DNA from: Thainema sp.
GTDB taxonomy: Bacteria > Cyanobacteriota > Cyanobacteriia > Phormidesmidales > Phormidesmidaceae
DNA: 64,000 nucleotides
Assembly (NCBI GenBank): GCA_052168235.1
Contig: JBQLZK010000030.1
Location: forward strand, 15,986 to 79,985
Direction: 5' to 3'
Part shown: positions 26,191 through 38,052 of the stretch, piece by piece
Layout: every line of letters begins with the position of its first letter
Position numbering within the stretch: position 1 is the stretch's first letter
Program-made: the position numbers and the translations under genes
The notes under the pieces: model-generated
What the model saw: the letters and a program-made list of their open reading frames with translations, nothing else
Told to the model about the DNA's origin: nothing
Database searches by the model: none

Positions 26191-28095
26191 GTGTCTATCC
26201 CTGCTGAAACGCCAACTCTGGTCAAAGAGCCTGAACGCCTCGAAGCTCGCCTGAAGGAGATCCCGCTGGAGCCGGGGGTCTACTTTATGCGTGATGCTAG
26301 CGACAATATTCTTTACATCGGCAAATCCAAAAAGTTGCGATCGCGGGTGCGTTCCTACTTTCGCAACTCCCATACGCTGCCGCCTCGGCTGGCGCTGATG
26401 GTGATGCAGGTGGCGGAAATTGAGTTTATCGTCACCGATACCGAGGCTGAAGCGCTGGCGCTGGAAGCCAATCTGATTAAGCAGCACCAGCCCCACTTCA
26501 ACGTGCTGCTGAAGGACGATAAGAAGTATCCCTATCTCTGCATTACCTGGTCAGAGGACTATCCCCGCATTTTTATTACCCGGCGGCGACGCATGGGCAA
26601 AGCTCGAGATCGCTACTATGGGCCTTATGTGGACGTGGGGACGCTGCGCCGGACGCTGCACTTGGTGAAGCGGATTTTCCCCCTGCGCCAGCGGCCCCAG
26701 CCGCTGTTTAAAGATCGTCCCTGCCTCAATTACGACATTGGTCGCTGCCCTGGCGTCTGCCAGCAGCTGATTTCCCCGGAAGAGTACCGCAAGATTGTGC
26801 AGCGGGTGGCGATGGTGTTCCAGGGTCGTACCGAGGAGCTGGTGAAGGTGCTAACCGTCCAGATGCAGGAGGCGGCAGAGAAGCTGAATTTTGAGTACGC
26901 GGCTCGCCTGCGCGATCAGATTACGGCGCTGGAGCATCTCAACGCCGATCAGAAAGTGGCCTCTGCTAGTGATACTGTCTCGCGAGATGCGATCGCACTC
27001 GCTGCCGATGAGCACCATGCTTGTATTCAGCTTTTCCAGCTTCGAGCAGGTCGCCTGGTCGGTCGCCTCGGCTTCCTAGCCGAAGCGCAATCCGGTGAGC
27101 CGGGAGCCATCTTGCAGCGGGTGCTGGAAGAACATTATCAAACCGTTGATCCGGTCGAGATTCCTACCGAAATTTTGGTACAGCATGATTTGCCGGATGC
27201 GGATTTATTGGCAGCGTATTTAAGCGATCGCAAAGGTCGCAAAGTGACCGTTTTCAATCCCCAGCGGCAGTCTAAGGCCGAACTGATTGAAATGGTGGAG
27301 CGCAATGCCGAGTATGAACTGGCTCGCACCCAGCGCTTTGCCGATCGCAATGCTCAGTCGCTCCAGGATTTAGCTGAGGTGCTGGACTTGCCTGCTCTGC
27401 CGCGCCGGATCGAAGGCTACGATATTTCCCACGTGCAAGGCTCCGATGCCGTCGGTTCCCAGGTCGTGTTTATCGACGGTCTGCCTGCCAAGCAGCACTA
27501 TCGCCATTACAAAATCCGCAATCCCAAAGTGACCAGCGGGCGCTCCGACGACTTTGCTAGCCTTGCCGAGGTGATTCAGCGCCGCTTCCGTCGCTATGCC
27601 GAAAATCTTGACATCCAGCGATTTGGCAATCCCGACTGGCCCGATCTGGTGATGATTGACGGTGGTAAGGGACAGCTTTCAGCCGTTATCAGCGTTCTGC
27701 AAGAGATGAATCTGCTGGCCGACTTGAACGTGATCAGCTTAGCCAAAAAGCGGGAGGAGATTTTCCAGCCCGGTGAATCGTTGCCACTGGCGACTGACTC
27801 GGAACAAGCAGGTGTTCAACTCCTGCGCCGTTTGCGGGATGAAGCCCACCGCTTCGCCATCACCTTCCACCGCAAGCGCCGTAGCGATCGAATGCGGCGG
27901 TCACGACTCGATGACATTCCGGGACTCGGTCATCATCGGCGCAAACAGCTCCTGGCGGCGTTTCGCTCGATCGACTACATTCGCGAGGCTTCGCCAGAGC
28001 AACTTCAGACGGTGGAAGGGATTGGGCCACAGCTGGCCCAGCAAATTTATGACTACTTCCATCCCCAAGCTGATCCCGTTACGCCCGGAAATTAA
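26191..28095 (+). CDS. uvrC: Excinuclease ABC subunit C
   Basis: GIY-YIG (PGVY...LYIGKS), [23 protein letters not shown], HhH; GTG start assumed. Confidence 0.97.
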   Translation: MSIPAETPTLVKEPERLEARLKEIPLEPGVYFMRDASDNILYIGKSKKLRSRVRSYFRNSHTLPPRLALMVMQVAEIEFIVTDTEAEALALEANLIKQHQPHFNVLLKDDKKYPYLCITWSEDYPRIFITRRRRMGKARDRYYGPYVDVGTLRRTLHLVKRIFPLRQRPQPLFKDRPCLNYDIGRCPGVCQQLISPEEYRKIVQRVAMVFQGRTEELVKVLTVQMQEAAEKLNFEYAARLRDQITALEHLNADQKVASASDTVSRDAIALAADEHHACIQLFQLRAGRLVGRLGFLAEAQSGEPGAILQRVLEEHYQTVDPVEIPTEILVQHDLPDADLLAAYLSDRKGRKVTVFNPQRQSKAELIEMVERNAEYELARTQRFADRNAQSLQDLAEVLDLPALPRRIEGYDISHVQGSDAVGSQVVFIDGLPAKQHYRHYKIRNPKVTSGRSDDFASLAEVIQRRFRRYAENLDIQRFGNPDWPDLVMIDGGKGQLSAVISVLQEMNLLADLNVISLAKKREEIFQPGESLPLATDSEQAGVQLLRRLRDEAHRFAITFHRKRRSDRMRRSRLDDIPGLGHHRRKQLLAAFRSIDYIREASPEQLQTVEGIGPQLAQQIYDYFHPQADPVTPGN

Positions 28096-28514
28096 AAGAT
28101 CCTGCCGTCAAATTGACTTTTATAACGATTGGTTGGCGGTTTGAATACGGCTCGATACACTGAGTCGGACTTAAGGATAAATCGCCCCAAGTCCCCTTCA
28201 GTTCTCAATGAAAAGCTCCTCAGCGATCTGCCGAGGAGCCAGTGGAGTGTGAGTCTTTTTCCCACGATACTCAAAACTCAAGCAGATGCAAAAGCTGCTT
28301 TAGAGATCTTGAGGTTCTTTCATCGTAGAGTGTAGTTCTGAAGGAGCGCTATAGGCAAAGGGAAATACCTTTGTCTATAGCGTTTTCTGTTTGATATCTC
28401 TTTTGGGCCGTAGGACTGTGGATGGATAACTGTAGGCGTCGGGGCAGGGGGCAAGGGAGATTGATAGGTTAGCTGTAACCGAAAAAAGATTTTGGGTGAG
28501 GTTCATCAACGGAT

Positions 28515-29093
28515 TTAAGATGGCCTGCTGTCGAGGTTGAGAATGTTATGAATAAATTGAGCTGCGGAGACGCGATTCTCTTCAAAACCGCGCCGCCGTA
28601 CGCCCTTCTCTCCGTCGGATGCGACCACTTGTCCCATTGCCTGATCCGGTGCCTGCCACAGTTTCAGATGGCCTACGGCAGGATCAGCGTAAAAATTTAA
28701 TTCTCCCGCTCCTAACAGCGCAGAACTCCAGTGGGTGAAGTGATCGTGGCTCATGCGGAAAATCGGAAAATCTGCCGCTAGCGGCACTCCCCAGCCGTCA
28801 ATCGCAATAAAATTTGCGATCGCAATACCGCGATGGTGCCAATACTGCGCTGCTGCGATCGCACCTACAACGCCTGCACTGAAGGCAATAATGCTGACTG
28901 GATGATCCTGTAACCCCTGAGCTTGAAGTACCTCATTCATGAACTGCCGACAGTGAAAACCGGAATAGGGCGGATGGGCTTCAGTCGGAAAGATGGCATA
29001 TTGGGGGCTGTTCATCTCATTCGTTAAACCTAAACCAGCGAGAAACCGATTGGTTAACGTCACGGGATGAACACCGGGGTAGATCAAAATCAA
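28515..29093 (-). CDS. Alpha/beta-hydrolase-like hypothetical protein
   Basis: AFSAG nucleophile elbow, IDGWGVP, SHDHFTHWS. Confidence 0.75.
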   Translation of the reverse strand: MILIYPGVHPVTLTNRFLAGLGLTNEMNSPQYAIFPTEAHPPYSGFHCRQFMNEVLQAQGLQDHPVSIIAFSAGVVGAIAAAQYWHHRGIAIANFIAIDGWGVPLAADFPIFRMSHDHFTHWSSALLGAGELNFYADPAVGHLKLWQAPDQAMGQVVASDGEKGVRRRGFEENRVSAAQFIHNILNLDSRPS

Positions 29094-29140
29094 AGCACTC
29101 TATCTTGAACGCGCCAGTAAACTCAGTAATCCCAGGATTA

Positions 29141-29322
29141 TTTGATTGGATAGCGTCCCACGCTAGTACTTGTTTAGCGAAACACTCTGACAGATCCCCC
29201 TAAATTCCCCTTAATAAGGGGGACTTTGGGCTAGCGGTGGGATAGCCCCTTTTTCAAGGGGGCGGCGACAGCGGGGGATCGGATAACTACGTTAAACACA
29301 TACGGAGCGCTATCCAATCAAA
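29141..29322. repeat. Nested repeat element
   Basis: 15-bp IR TTTGATTGGATAGCG / CGCTATCCAATCAAA enclosing the cyanobacterial CCCCCTAAAT..CCCCTT..AAGGGGGAC...GGGGGATC repeat. Confidence 0.75.
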
Positions 29323-29343
29323 CTGTTGAGGTTTATATTGCTT

Positions 29344-29901
29344 CTATGCAGTGAATTGCTGGCGAATCGCTTCAATCCGCTTGCGGTTAACACCCAAATC
29401 CGACTGGCCGAGCCGCGAGGCTGAACGTACTTGAATCACGCCATTAGCTGCGTCAGCGTAAAACTCAACATCATCCACAAACCCCATCAGGTTGCTGGTG
29501 AATTCAGCGTAAATGTAGTCGTCACTCGATTCAATAATCTGCGTGCGCTCCATGCCGTTGATGATGCCTTTGAGCTGCGCGATCGCACCTGCGGCATCGC
29601 CACTGTAGACAATAGGTTCGATGTAGTGTTCGCCATCGGCTTTGTTCGCTTGGCTAGAGACGCAGTTAGGCGAACTGGGACAAGTGGCAAGTTGACCGTC
29701 TTTCACGCCTAACGTGGCGGGACGCTTGCCAGAAAAGAGCCGAGCGAAACCAGGTAGAGCAGCAATCATAGGATTAATTGAGGAATTAATTGAAGAATTA
29801 AATACCGGAGTGGCCAATGCGGGAGTGACAGGTGCCCAAAGTGCGATCGCAATTAGACCGACCACTCCCCAAACTTTGAATCTCGATAAGATTGAAGACA
29901 T
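29344..29901 (-). CDS. DUF1499-family protein
   Basis: CPSSPNCVSS, GFVDDVEF, RSASRLGQSDLGVNRKR. Confidence 0.9.
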   Translation of the reverse strand: MSSILSRFKVWGVVGLIAIALWAPVTPALATPVFNSSINSSINPMIAALPGFARLFSGKRPATLGVKDGQLATCPSSPNCVSSQANKADGEHYIEPIVYSGDAAGAIAQLKGIINGMERTQIIESSDDYIYAEFTSNLMGFVDDVEFYADAANGVIQVRSASRLGQSDLGVNRKRIEAIRQQFTA

Positions 29902-29999
29902 CGTTAACAATAGCTCTAGCAACAGGATGTTGTACCGTTCAGCATACTGTATTACTTTTACAAAAGTTCACGAACCCCGCTGCTTCTTCAATCTCGCTT

Positions 30000-30512
30000 A
30001 TGACTTCGCCCAACCTGCCGCCCACCACACCCGATACGGATGCCAGCCCAGCGCCAACGGATTATTCTTCCGGCGTGACACCAGTTCTGGAACTTAGTGA
30101 TTCTGAGCCGATCAACTACGTGTTGACCAAGTTGGCCAACGAACTGCCGACGCTATTTGAGAAAGACCTCACCTACGACATCTATACGTCAGATATCTAT
30201 TTCAAAGATCCGGTCAACACGTTCAAGTACAAATTCAATTACCGGATCATTTTCTGGACGCTGCGGTTTCACGGCCAGCTTTTCTTCTCGGATTTGCACT
30301 TTGACCTGCATCGCGTGTGGCAGGATCAGCCGGATCTAATCTTGGCCGATTGGACGGTGCGGGGGACGCTGCGACTACCGTGGAAGCCTGATTTACTCTT
30401 CAACGGGCGCTCCCATTACCATCTCAATGAAGAAGATAAGATTTACAAGCACATCGACGTGTGGGATCGGTCGCCCAAAGAAATTTTGAAGCAGTTCTGG
30501 CGGCGAAAATAA
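30000..30512 (+). CDS. DUF2358 (NTF2-like) protein
   Basis: YDIYTSDIYFKDPVN...HIDVWD. Confidence 0.85.
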   Translation: MTSPNLPPTTPDTDASPAPTDYSSGVTPVLELSDSEPINYVLTKLANELPTLFEKDLTYDIYTSDIYFKDPVNTFKYKFNYRIIFWTLRFHGQLFFSDLHFDLHRVWQDQPDLILADWTVRGTLRLPWKPDLLFNGRSHYHLNEEDKIYKHIDVWDRSPKEILKQFWRRK

Positions 30513-30713
30513 GTAGCGAAATACTCGTGGAATTTGCGATCGCACTTCCAACAAATCGGCAGCTCTTTTGTTTTGGTAAAGCAAGGCTCAGAAAAATAAA
30601 ATCCCCAGTGCGAGACTGGGGACTGACCAGGGTGCATCTACCACTTCTCTCTTCTGAATGAGGAACCTAAATCCGGAACAATATCCACAATTTTGGAAGT
30701 TTCTGCGGAAAAG

Positions 30714-31217
30714 TTACTGTGCATGAGTGTCTAACGCCTGCTGTAAGGCGGGTGGTAAACGCCGCAAGACCTTCCGAGTATTTGGATCGAGTGGCACCAG
30801 TGAGACCTCAGCTGTAACGTACAGAATCTCTTCGTCAGGTGACTGGATTTGAAAGTCCCAAACCAGCCGCACACCTTGACGGGGCAGCATGCGAGTTTTG
30901 ACAATTGCCTCACTGCCCATGACCATCCACTGGTGATAACGCAGCGACAAGTCAACAACTGGCAGTTCGCAGCCCATTTCCAGTACGTCTTTATAACTCA
31001 GACCGCTGGTTTTTAAATAAGCAATGCGGGCTTCTTCTAACCACTGGACATAGGTGCCATGCCAAACTACACCAGCATAGTCCGTATGATGGGGATGAAC
31101 CTGGATCGGATAGTGGAACCAAGTCGGTTCGCTTGTCGCTGCAACAAGCTTGTCGGGTTTGACGGACTTATCTTTCGATGCTGACTTACCTTTAGAAGCC
31201 GACTTATCTTTTGGCAT
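30714..31217 (-). CDS. Acyl-CoA thioesterase (YbgC/4HBT family)
   Basis: HTDYAGVVWHGTYVQWLEEAR. Confidence 0.9.
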   Translation of the reverse strand: MPKDKSASKGKSASKDKSVKPDKLVAATSEPTWFHYPIQVHPHHTDYAGVVWHGTYVQWLEEARIAYLKTSGLSYKDVLEMGCELPVVDLSLRYHQWMVMGSEAIVKTRMLPRQGVRLVWDFQIQSPDEEILYVTAEVSLVPLDPNTRKVLRRLPPALQQALDTHAQ

Positions 31218-31270
31218 TGCTGGAGCAGATTGATACAAGGATGAGCAATCTTAGAATACTGGATTATGCT

Positions 31271-31376
31271 CTAAGGATTGTGGATTAAATAACCTGTAAA
31301 CCGTTACACCGTAGGGACACGGCAATGCCGTATCCCTACCCCAAAGATTTCACCTGATTAAGTCCGCATTCCTAAG
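31271..31376. repeat. REP-containing MITE, copy A
   Basis: CTAAGGATTGTGGATTAAATA...GTAGGGACACGGCAATGCCGTATCCCTAC...CCTAAG; inverted copy at 61335. Confidence 0.8.
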
Positions 31377-32940
31377 TGCCTGTATTGGAATTTTGGGCAT
31401 CCCGATTCAGCACTTCCTCAGCGGTCACGCCCTCGTTTTGATTACCAATTCGCCACAGCACTGCCGCTGCTTCAGCACGGGTCGCCGCTTTTTCCGGTTG
31501 CAGCAGCGTTGTGTAGCCAAACGCGCGTGGAATATTGGCAAAATCGCCATTTTGATGATCCGCCAACACCGCCCGCAGTGCAGCCGGATTAATCTTACTC
31601 GCATCCTGGAAGCCCCAGGCTTCCTGCACGGCTTCCACACTGGCGCTAGGGAGTGCCTGTCGCGTATCCAGCGGCACTTTCCACAGCAGCAAGTCTTGCC
31701 GAGTTAGCGGCGCATCGGGTCGGAAGTTAACAGCCGTCGCATTGCCTGCCAGCGCACTGGGCACGAGTCCAACTTCCGCTAAGCCTTGAATTACGGCAAA
31801 ATCTGGATCAGATTTAGGCACATCCTCAAAGGTTGGATTAGCGGATTCAACCGCCAGTCGAATCCGCTCCTTCGCTTCGTCGGCGTAAATAGTGTTGTTG
31901 GCCTCCACCAGCCAGCGAGCAAATTCGCGGCGAGTAATGACTTGATTTGGCTGAAACTGATTGGCTGCTGGCTGACCTTCACTTTCTTTCTCGCCTGCTG
32001 GAGCAGCCGTCACAATGTCCAATTCCGCCAGATCGCGAATGTAAGGCCGTAAATCTGTCGGAGCCTGATTCAGATCAGTAAACGTACCCGTACTCGTACT
32101 GTCCTGATTTTGCGGACTAGCTGTGCTGCGATTTTGCTCCGGCGAGTTCACTGGCCGAATCGAAAATCCCTCAGCAGCATCAGACGCAGCGCTATCGGTT
32201 GCCTGTGAGTCCCGCTGATACTGAATCGTAAACGCCGTTTGTTCTGGATTGGCCGCATCCGGTTGAATCTCTACGCGCACCGTCAAATCCTGATTGCGAG
32301 CTGCGATCGCAGTCGGTTGATCTGCCTGAGCGTCAGCCGCCTCAGTTTCATCAGTGGCCTCGGCGGATTCTGGCGCTGGTGCTGCGTCCTGTGAGCCGTT
32401 TGCAGGATTGCTCGACTGAGCGCTACCCAACGGCTGCAAGGTAGCTGTATTTGAAGTATCCGCAGTCGTTGAGCCAGTGTCACTATTCTCCGCTGCGTCT
32501 GAACTGGGTACAGTTTCCTCAGCCGCTTCCTCTAACTCGATTTGCCAACCGTTGCTGCTCAACTCGTCGCGGTAAAACTGCTCAACATGCTCGGCTGAGT
32601 CAGCCGTAGTGAAGTAGGTAAGGCGACCATACTGCTCGTCTGCATTGGCCTTAACGTCTGCTGGAGCCTCTTGTTCCTCGGCTTCTGGATAGATGGGGAT
32701 TTCTGGGGGCAAATCGGCTAATGCACTAGTGTCTGAGCCTCCCAACGTAGTGTCGTTCTGTAGCTGTGGATCAGCTTCTAAGGATTGCTGCATCTGTGCG
32801 CCCCAAGGCGTGTTGGCACAAGAGGATAGGGTCAGTAACCCCAGCAATAGTCCTCCAACCCACCAGCGTCGGGGTGTTTGTCTCTGAGGTTGAGGTTGTG
32901 GTCGTACTGGCTGATGATGTTCAGACTCCGCTTCAAACAT
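31372..32940 (-). CDS. S-layer homology domain lipoprotein
   Basis: Lipobox-like LSSC; SLH motifs FQPNQVITRREFA, FRPDAPLTRQD, TRAEAAA. Confidence 0.88.
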   Translation of the reverse strand: MFEAESEHHQPVRPQPQPQRQTPRRWWVGGLLLGLLTLSSCANTPWGAQMQQSLEADPQLQNDTTLGGSDTSALADLPPEIPIYPEAEEQEAPADVKANADEQYGRLTYFTTADSAEHVEQFYRDELSSNGWQIELEEAAEETVPSSDAAENSDTGSTTADTSNTATLQPLGSAQSSNPANGSQDAAPAPESAEATDETEAADAQADQPTAIAARNQDLTVRVEIQPDAANPEQTAFTIQYQRDSQATDSAASDAAEGFSIRPVNSPEQNRSTASPQNQDSTSTGTFTDLNQAPTDLRPYIRDLAELDIVTAAPAGEKESEGQPAANQFQPNQVITRREFARWLVEANNTIYADEAKERIRLAVESANPTFEDVPKSDPDFAVIQGLAEVGLVPSALAGNATAVNFRPDAPLTRQDLLLWKVPLDTRQALPSASVEAVQEAWGFQDASKINPAALRAVLADHQNGDFANIPRAFGYTTLLQPEKAATRAEAAAVLWRIGNQNEGVTAEEVLNRDAQNSNTGT

Positions 32941-33266
32941 GCCGTTTCTCGATTCAAATATGATTAAGGGGACGTTCCTTTACGCTAGCGCTGCCGTTCC
33001 CTAAACGTCTAACGATTGATGTCATTTTAGTTGGGTAAATACCGTACGAGTTGTCAAGATGTTCATGCAGCCTTAGCGTATTACTCCGATCATCTGGATG
33101 AAATTCGGCAAGCTGTCCGTGAGAGTGAAGCTCTAGCCAATCAGTTTGCGGTTCAAACGCCATCTATTTTTGGGTGCAAACTGTGAGAACCAAATACCAT
33201 CGCAGATGAAGTTGCACTTTGCCCCAGACATGCAAAACCATCTCTGATCGACGATAGACCCCAGTG

Positions 33267-33336
33267 GCAAGGGCGGGTTTAGCCGATAGTAGGTGTGACG
33301 CTTCTGTAAGAATTGATCAACAAAAACCGTCCCTAC
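33267..33336. repeat. REP-like element (AGGGCGGGTTT family)
   Basis: AAGGGCGGGTTT...AAACCGTCCCTAC; related to 41306-41374. Confidence 0.6.
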
Positions 33337-33356
33337 CGAGATTTTGGGGATATGTC

Positions 33357-34118
33357 TTACAACGTGGCAAAGAGTTGTTTGACTTGCTCCCAAGCAGCGG
33401 CAGCGGCTTTGGCATTGTAGCTGGCTCTGCGATCGCAAAAGAATCCATGCTCAGCGCCGTCATAGCGGAAAATTTTGTGATCAATATTGTATTGATTGAA
33501 AGCTTGCTCAATTTCCTCAACATGTTCGGGCGGAATGCTGCCGTCCTCGTTGCCGAAAAAGGCGTAGATTGTGCCACTGATATCTTTTGTTCGGCTGACC
33601 GTTGGTTCTTCCTCTCCCGGTTGCCAGGTGGGAATGCCAGCACCATAGAACGAAGCCGTCGCTTGAATATCCGGTAAGGTCGCAGTTAAGTACACCACAT
33701 GTCCGCCAAAGCAGAAGCCGATAGAACCCAGGCCACCCGATTTCACCTGCGGTAGTGATTTTAAGTAATCCGCTGCGGCCTGCACGTCTTGCAGTAGCTC
33801 TGTGGCTTTGGTTTTTTCCTTGTACACCCGGCCAATCTTGACATCTTCAGCGGTGTAGCCCACTTCAAAGCCGGGAGCTTGGCGCTGATAAATCGGTGGT
33901 GCGATCGCAACATAACCCTCTTTGGCGATACGTTCAGTGACATCGCGAATGTGCTCATTCACGCCAAAGATTTCCTGAATAACAATAATGCCCGGAAAAA
34001 TGCCCGGAAACGACTGCGTAGACTGACTATCAACATCGGGCTGAGCAAGGTAACAGGGCAGGGTAACATCCCCACTCTGGACATGAACAGTCTGAGTTTT
34101 AATAGCGGATACGGTCAT
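33357..34118 (-). CDS. Dienelactone hydrolase family protein
   Basis: IQEIFGVN, GFCFGG, AEHGFFCD. Confidence 0.93.
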   Translation of the reverse strand: MTVSAIKTQTVHVQSGDVTLPCYLAQPDVDSQSTQSFPGIFPGIIVIQEIFGVNEHIRDVTERIAKEGYVAIAPPIYQRQAPGFEVGYTAEDVKIGRVYKEKTKATELLQDVQAAADYLKSLPQVKSGGLGSIGFCFGGHVVYLTATLPDIQATASFYGAGIPTWQPGEEEPTVSRTKDISGTIYAFFGNEDGSIPPEHVEEIEQAFNQYNIDHKIFRYDGAEHGFFCDRRASYNAKAAAAAWEQVKQLFATL

Positions 34119-34439
34119 AGTTCAGGTGCGTAGACGACTGCAACAGGATTGACATCGGTTACGAGTGCATTATGGAGCATTATGGATAACTGGTGTAGGC
34201 AACGAGGAGATGAATCGTCTGGATTGTCTGGATCGGCTTTGGTGGGGACGGCTGTGGGCAACTGTCATCCTCCGTACATATTCTGTTGTGACAAAGTATT
34301 AAATCCTGTGACAATTTGGCTGGGCTTACGTCATGAACTCTAAGAGCGTCGCTATGGAGTCATAAGGTTAAAATCAATGAGTTCCAGCCTATTGTCTGAC
34401 CGTTCACACACCAGAACGCTCAATTCGGAGGTTTACCGC

Positions 34440-35426
34440 GTGGTGCAGTTTCACATCCAGCCGGATAGCGAAATTCCGGCTTCTGCTCAGCTTTATAATC
34501 AAATTCGCTTTGCGATCGCATCACGGCAGTATCCACCCGGAAAGCGCCTGCCCAGCACCCGACAGCTTGCCATGCAAACGGGGCTGCACCGCAACACCAT
34601 CAGCAAAGTCTATCGGCAACTGGAAGAAGCTGGCTTTGTCGAAGCATTACCCGGCTCCGGTATTTATGTCCGCGATTCTGGCAATGGTGAAAATCTACAG
34701 GCCCCTTCGCCACTGCTGAGAGAATATCCCCAAGCCCGTAAGCTGATTCAGCGCAATTTGGACGAACTACTGCGGGAAGGCTTTTCGCTCAATCAAGCCC
34801 GCGAACTGTTTTTAGCCGAAGTAGACTGGCGGTTGCGCTGTAGTGCCCAGGTTCTCGTCACCACGCCCGCACAGGACATCGGCGCAGGTGAACTGATGGT
34901 GCGGGAACTAGAGCAAGAGCTGAAGATTCCGGTACAGCTTGTGCCGCTAGAAAGCCTAGAGCAAACGCTGTCCCAAACTCGCTCCGGGACGGTCGTGACC
35001 AGCCGTTACTTTATTGCCGAAGCCGAAGCGATCGCAGCTCCCAAGTCAGTTCGAGTCATCCCAATTGATATCTACGACTATGCTCAAGAGCTGAGCCTGC
35101 TGAAGGATTTACCGAAAGAAACCTGTCTGGGTCTAGTCAGCTTGAGTTCGGGAATTCTACGCGCGGCTGAGGTGATTATTCACAGTCTGCGGGGTGACGA
35201 ACTGCTGGTGATGACGGCGCAAACCAATGATGCCTATAAGCTCAATGCCATTGTGCGCAGTGCCCAGACCATCTTTGCGTTCGATCAGGCCAGTTTCCCA
35301 GTCGTCAAGCGAGCTATCTCGGAAGCCCGTGAAGATCTGATTCGTCCACCCGAAGTGATCACCACCGATAACTATATTGGCAGCAAGTCTATTAGTCTCT
35401 TAAAGCGAGAACTCGGCTTAGAGTAG
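34440..35426 (+). CDS. plmA: GntR-family regulator PlmA
   Basis: QFHIQPDSEIPAS...LPSTRQLAMQTGLHRNTISKVY; ~328 aa; GGAG before GTG. Confidence 0.88.
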   Translation: MVQFHIQPDSEIPASAQLYNQIRFAIASRQYPPGKRLPSTRQLAMQTGLHRNTISKVYRQLEEAGFVEALPGSGIYVRDSGNGENLQAPSPLLREYPQARKLIQRNLDELLREGFSLNQARELFLAEVDWRLRCSAQVLVTTPAQDIGAGELMVRELEQELKIPVQLVPLESLEQTLSQTRSGTVVTSRYFIAEAEAIAAPKSVRVIPIDIYDYAQELSLLKDLPKETCLGLVSLSSGILRAAEVIIHSLRGDELLVMTAQTNDAYKLNAIVRSAQTIFAFDQASFPVVKRAISEAREDLIRPPEVITTDNYIGSKSISLLKRELGLE

Positions 35427-35519
35427 GAGGTGCGATCGCAGTTATCGCGCTATTCTGGAACGGAATCTGTCTGAAAAATTGACAAAACGATTCTGTGCCA
35501 ACCGTTTGGGCGTTATTTT

Positions 35520-36188
35520 ATGACCATTGAAGCTCAGCCCTCCATGGGGCTGCAAGATGCCATCCGTCTGCGTCGAGCATCGCGGGCGTTTAATCCCGAT
35601 CCGATTCCAGATGTGCTGCTGGAAAAGATTTTGGAGCTGAGTATTCAGGCTCCGTCGGGGTACAATTTGCAGCCTTGGCGCTTCATTGTGCTGCGCGATC
35701 AGGCCAGTAAAGAAAAACTACAGCCCTGCGCCTTTGGTCAAGCTCAAGTGGTGCAAGCTCCAGTGGTTTTGATTTGCTGTGGCGATCGCAATGTTGGCAG
35801 TCCCGACTATATCGAGCAGGTAATTGAGCTAGGCGAAGCCAACGACGCGATTGATGAGAACTACGCCAATATCATGCGTAAGCAAATTCCGCTGGGTTTT
35901 GAGCAGCAGCCGAGCTACGGTTCGATGGAGGTTTGGACGAACCGCCACGTTATGCTGGCAGTTACCCACATGATGATTGTGGCGAAAAGCTATGGGGTTG
36001 ATAGCTGCCCGATGGAAGGTTTCTCTTCTGAACAGGTCAAAGAAGCGTTCAATATTCCCGATCACGTCGATGTCTGCTGCTTGCTGTGTTTAGGTTTTGC
36101 GACCGAACCTCACAAAAAATATAGCGGACGATTCGACCTGTCCAAGCTGTTTTATGGTGAGTCCTACGGTGAGATGTTTTCACTGTAG
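35520..36188 (+). CDS. Nitroreductase family protein
   Basis: RRASRAF, APSGYNLQPW, SCPMEGF. Confidence 0.93.
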   Translation: MTIEAQPSMGLQDAIRLRRASRAFNPDPIPDVLLEKILELSIQAPSGYNLQPWRFIVLRDQASKEKLQPCAFGQAQVVQAPVVLICCGDRNVGSPDYIEQVIELGEANDAIDENYANIMRKQIPLGFEQQPSYGSMEVWTNRHVMLAVTHMMIVAKSYGVDSCPMEGFSSEQVKEAFNIPDHVDVCCLLCLGFATEPHKKYSGRFDLSKLFYGESYGEMFSL

Positions 36189-36411
36189 GATGCTCTATTA
36201 AACACATCAGAATTTCCGTGAACGCATCATAGGGCATCATAGAAACCTATTTCCTTTCGCCATGATAGGTAGGGTGACGGCTATAGTTGCTAAACCTGCC
36301 CTGGCAAAACGTTTTGAGGCTTAAAGAAACAAGCGGGAGCGCAATACGTTCCCGCCTGTTTCTTTCAAAGTTGATTCATACAAAGCTGGCTCATAAAACC
36401 AGTTTTGTTTT

Positions 36412-36456
36412 GTTTTGTTGTGAACGTCGGGTTGTGCCCGACGCTCACAACAAAAC
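36412..36456. repeat. Long intergenic hairpin
   Basis: 20-bp arms with one mismatch; a second terminator-like hairpin lies at ~36326-36362. Confidence 0.6.
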
Positions 36457-36494
36457 TGTTTTTTTCCTAGTCGGATGCGGTGTCAGAATTGAGC

Positions 36495-37544
36495 CTATTT
36501 TAGTTTCGCAGCGCGGAACGTTTGATAAGCCTGCTCAGGATGATAGAGATGGCAGTAGTCAACAATATCCTTCATTAATGCCCAAGAGAACTTACGTTCC
36601 TTCAGATAAGGCTGCCAGTTTTCTTTCAGGCTGCTGTGGGCTAACCGCAGATTGTACGAGGGGATGGCGACAGACAAGTGATGCGGCACATGCACATTGA
36701 TGTCGTGGCAGAGAATCTCAACCCAGCGGGGATAACTACAGTGAATGGTGCCTTCAAGTTGGGCAACCGCTTCGTTCCAAGAATCGACGGGTTGAAATGG
36801 TACGTCCATCGTGGTGTGATGCACGATGGTGAACGTGCTCATCCAGAAGTGATAAACCATCCAGGGCAGCAGCCAAAACTTGACGAAGCCCCACAGCCCG
36901 GTGGTTGCAATCAAAACGGGGAAGAAAATCGCCGCGAATACGAGTACGACGGTGATTGAGAGTTTCACCTTTTTGCGATCGCGCTCAGCAAACTGCGACG
37001 GGTCAAAGTGAATGCCTGCCCAGTGAGCAATGGAACCCATCCACCACAGCCGACCCCGCAGCACTTCATACAGCTTGCGCATCACGATAGGGGTGTTGCG
37101 GTACTCTTCTACTTTCCAGGGTTGCCACGCATTGTCTACGTCCAGCTTGTTGGTGTGGATATGGTGATAGTCATGTCCCAAACGCCAGCAGTGAAAGGGA
37201 TAAATCAGTGGCAGCATGGCAACATGACCGACTAAATCATTCACCCAGCGGCGCTTAGCAAACGAGCGATGGCCGCAGTCATGCCCAACAACGAAAAAGC
37301 CTGTTAAAGCAGTACCCGTGAAAATCCACGCAATCGGTAACAAGAACCAGGGGGAATATGCGATCGCAACATAACCTAGAGTGACTGCCGCGACGCTGAG
37401 TAACGCTTGACTCCAAGCTTTGCGGCGGTTCTTCTGGAAACATTCCCGTGGCAGGGTTTTGATGATGTCCTTCAGTGTGACGTTGTTGCGTGCCAGTTCT
37501 GACAGCTCGTTATCAAGTTCAAATTTTTCAGTCGTAGCAACCAT
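36495..37544 (-). CDS. desA: Delta-12 acyl-lipid desaturase
   Basis: His boxes [36 protein letters not shown]. Confidence 0.92.
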   Translation of the reverse strand: MVATTEKFELDNELSELARNNVTLKDIIKTLPRECFQKNRRKAWSQALLSVAAVTLGYVAIAYSPWFLLPIAWIFTGTALTGFFVVGHDCGHRSFAKRRWVNDLVGHVAMLPLIYPFHCWRLGHDYHHIHTNKLDVDNAWQPWKVEEYRNTPIVMRKLYEVLRGRLWWMGSIAHWAGIHFDPSQFAERDRKKVKLSITVVLVFAAIFFPVLIATTGLWGFVKFWLLPWMVYHFWMSTFTIVHHTTMDVPFQPVDSWNEAVAQLEGTIHCSYPRWVEILCHDINVHVPHHLSVAIPSYNLRLAHSSLKENWQPYLKERKFSWALMKDIVDYCHLYHPEQAYQTFRAAKLK

Positions 37545-38052
37545 GAATTCGATCAATTCTCCATAATTGGCCAAGATAGCGCCTGCCACACCAAATCCGC
37601 TAGAACATAAGAAGAGAACAGTTTTTACCGTCCTAAATCTATACGTGATTTATGTCTAGTGTTGTGTTCCAGCTAAATCGCGACCGTGCCCAGCCAGTTA
37701 TTGAGATGGATTCGAGACGTATCCCTTCAAAGGTTCCCTTTCGACCATGACAAATCACCAACTGAACGGGGTTAGGTATGACGCTGATAAATGGGTGGTT
37801 CTTTCACAGCTAGCTCATCAAAACACTGCCTAACGTCAAACCTTGCACCACAACCGGAAGAGGTGATTTCGCTGCCGCAGTGCGGCGGCAAAATCACCTT
37901 TGGGGTTCCAGTTATAGAAAGTACAAGATCTGAGCCAACGTACACTGCTAAAACCTGAGAGCCGTTAAAAAACCTTAACATTTATACCATGCTCGTCGGC
38001 CATTGTTGCCGGACAAAATCGCAGATCTGTCAAGAGCAGTAATGATTTTGTG

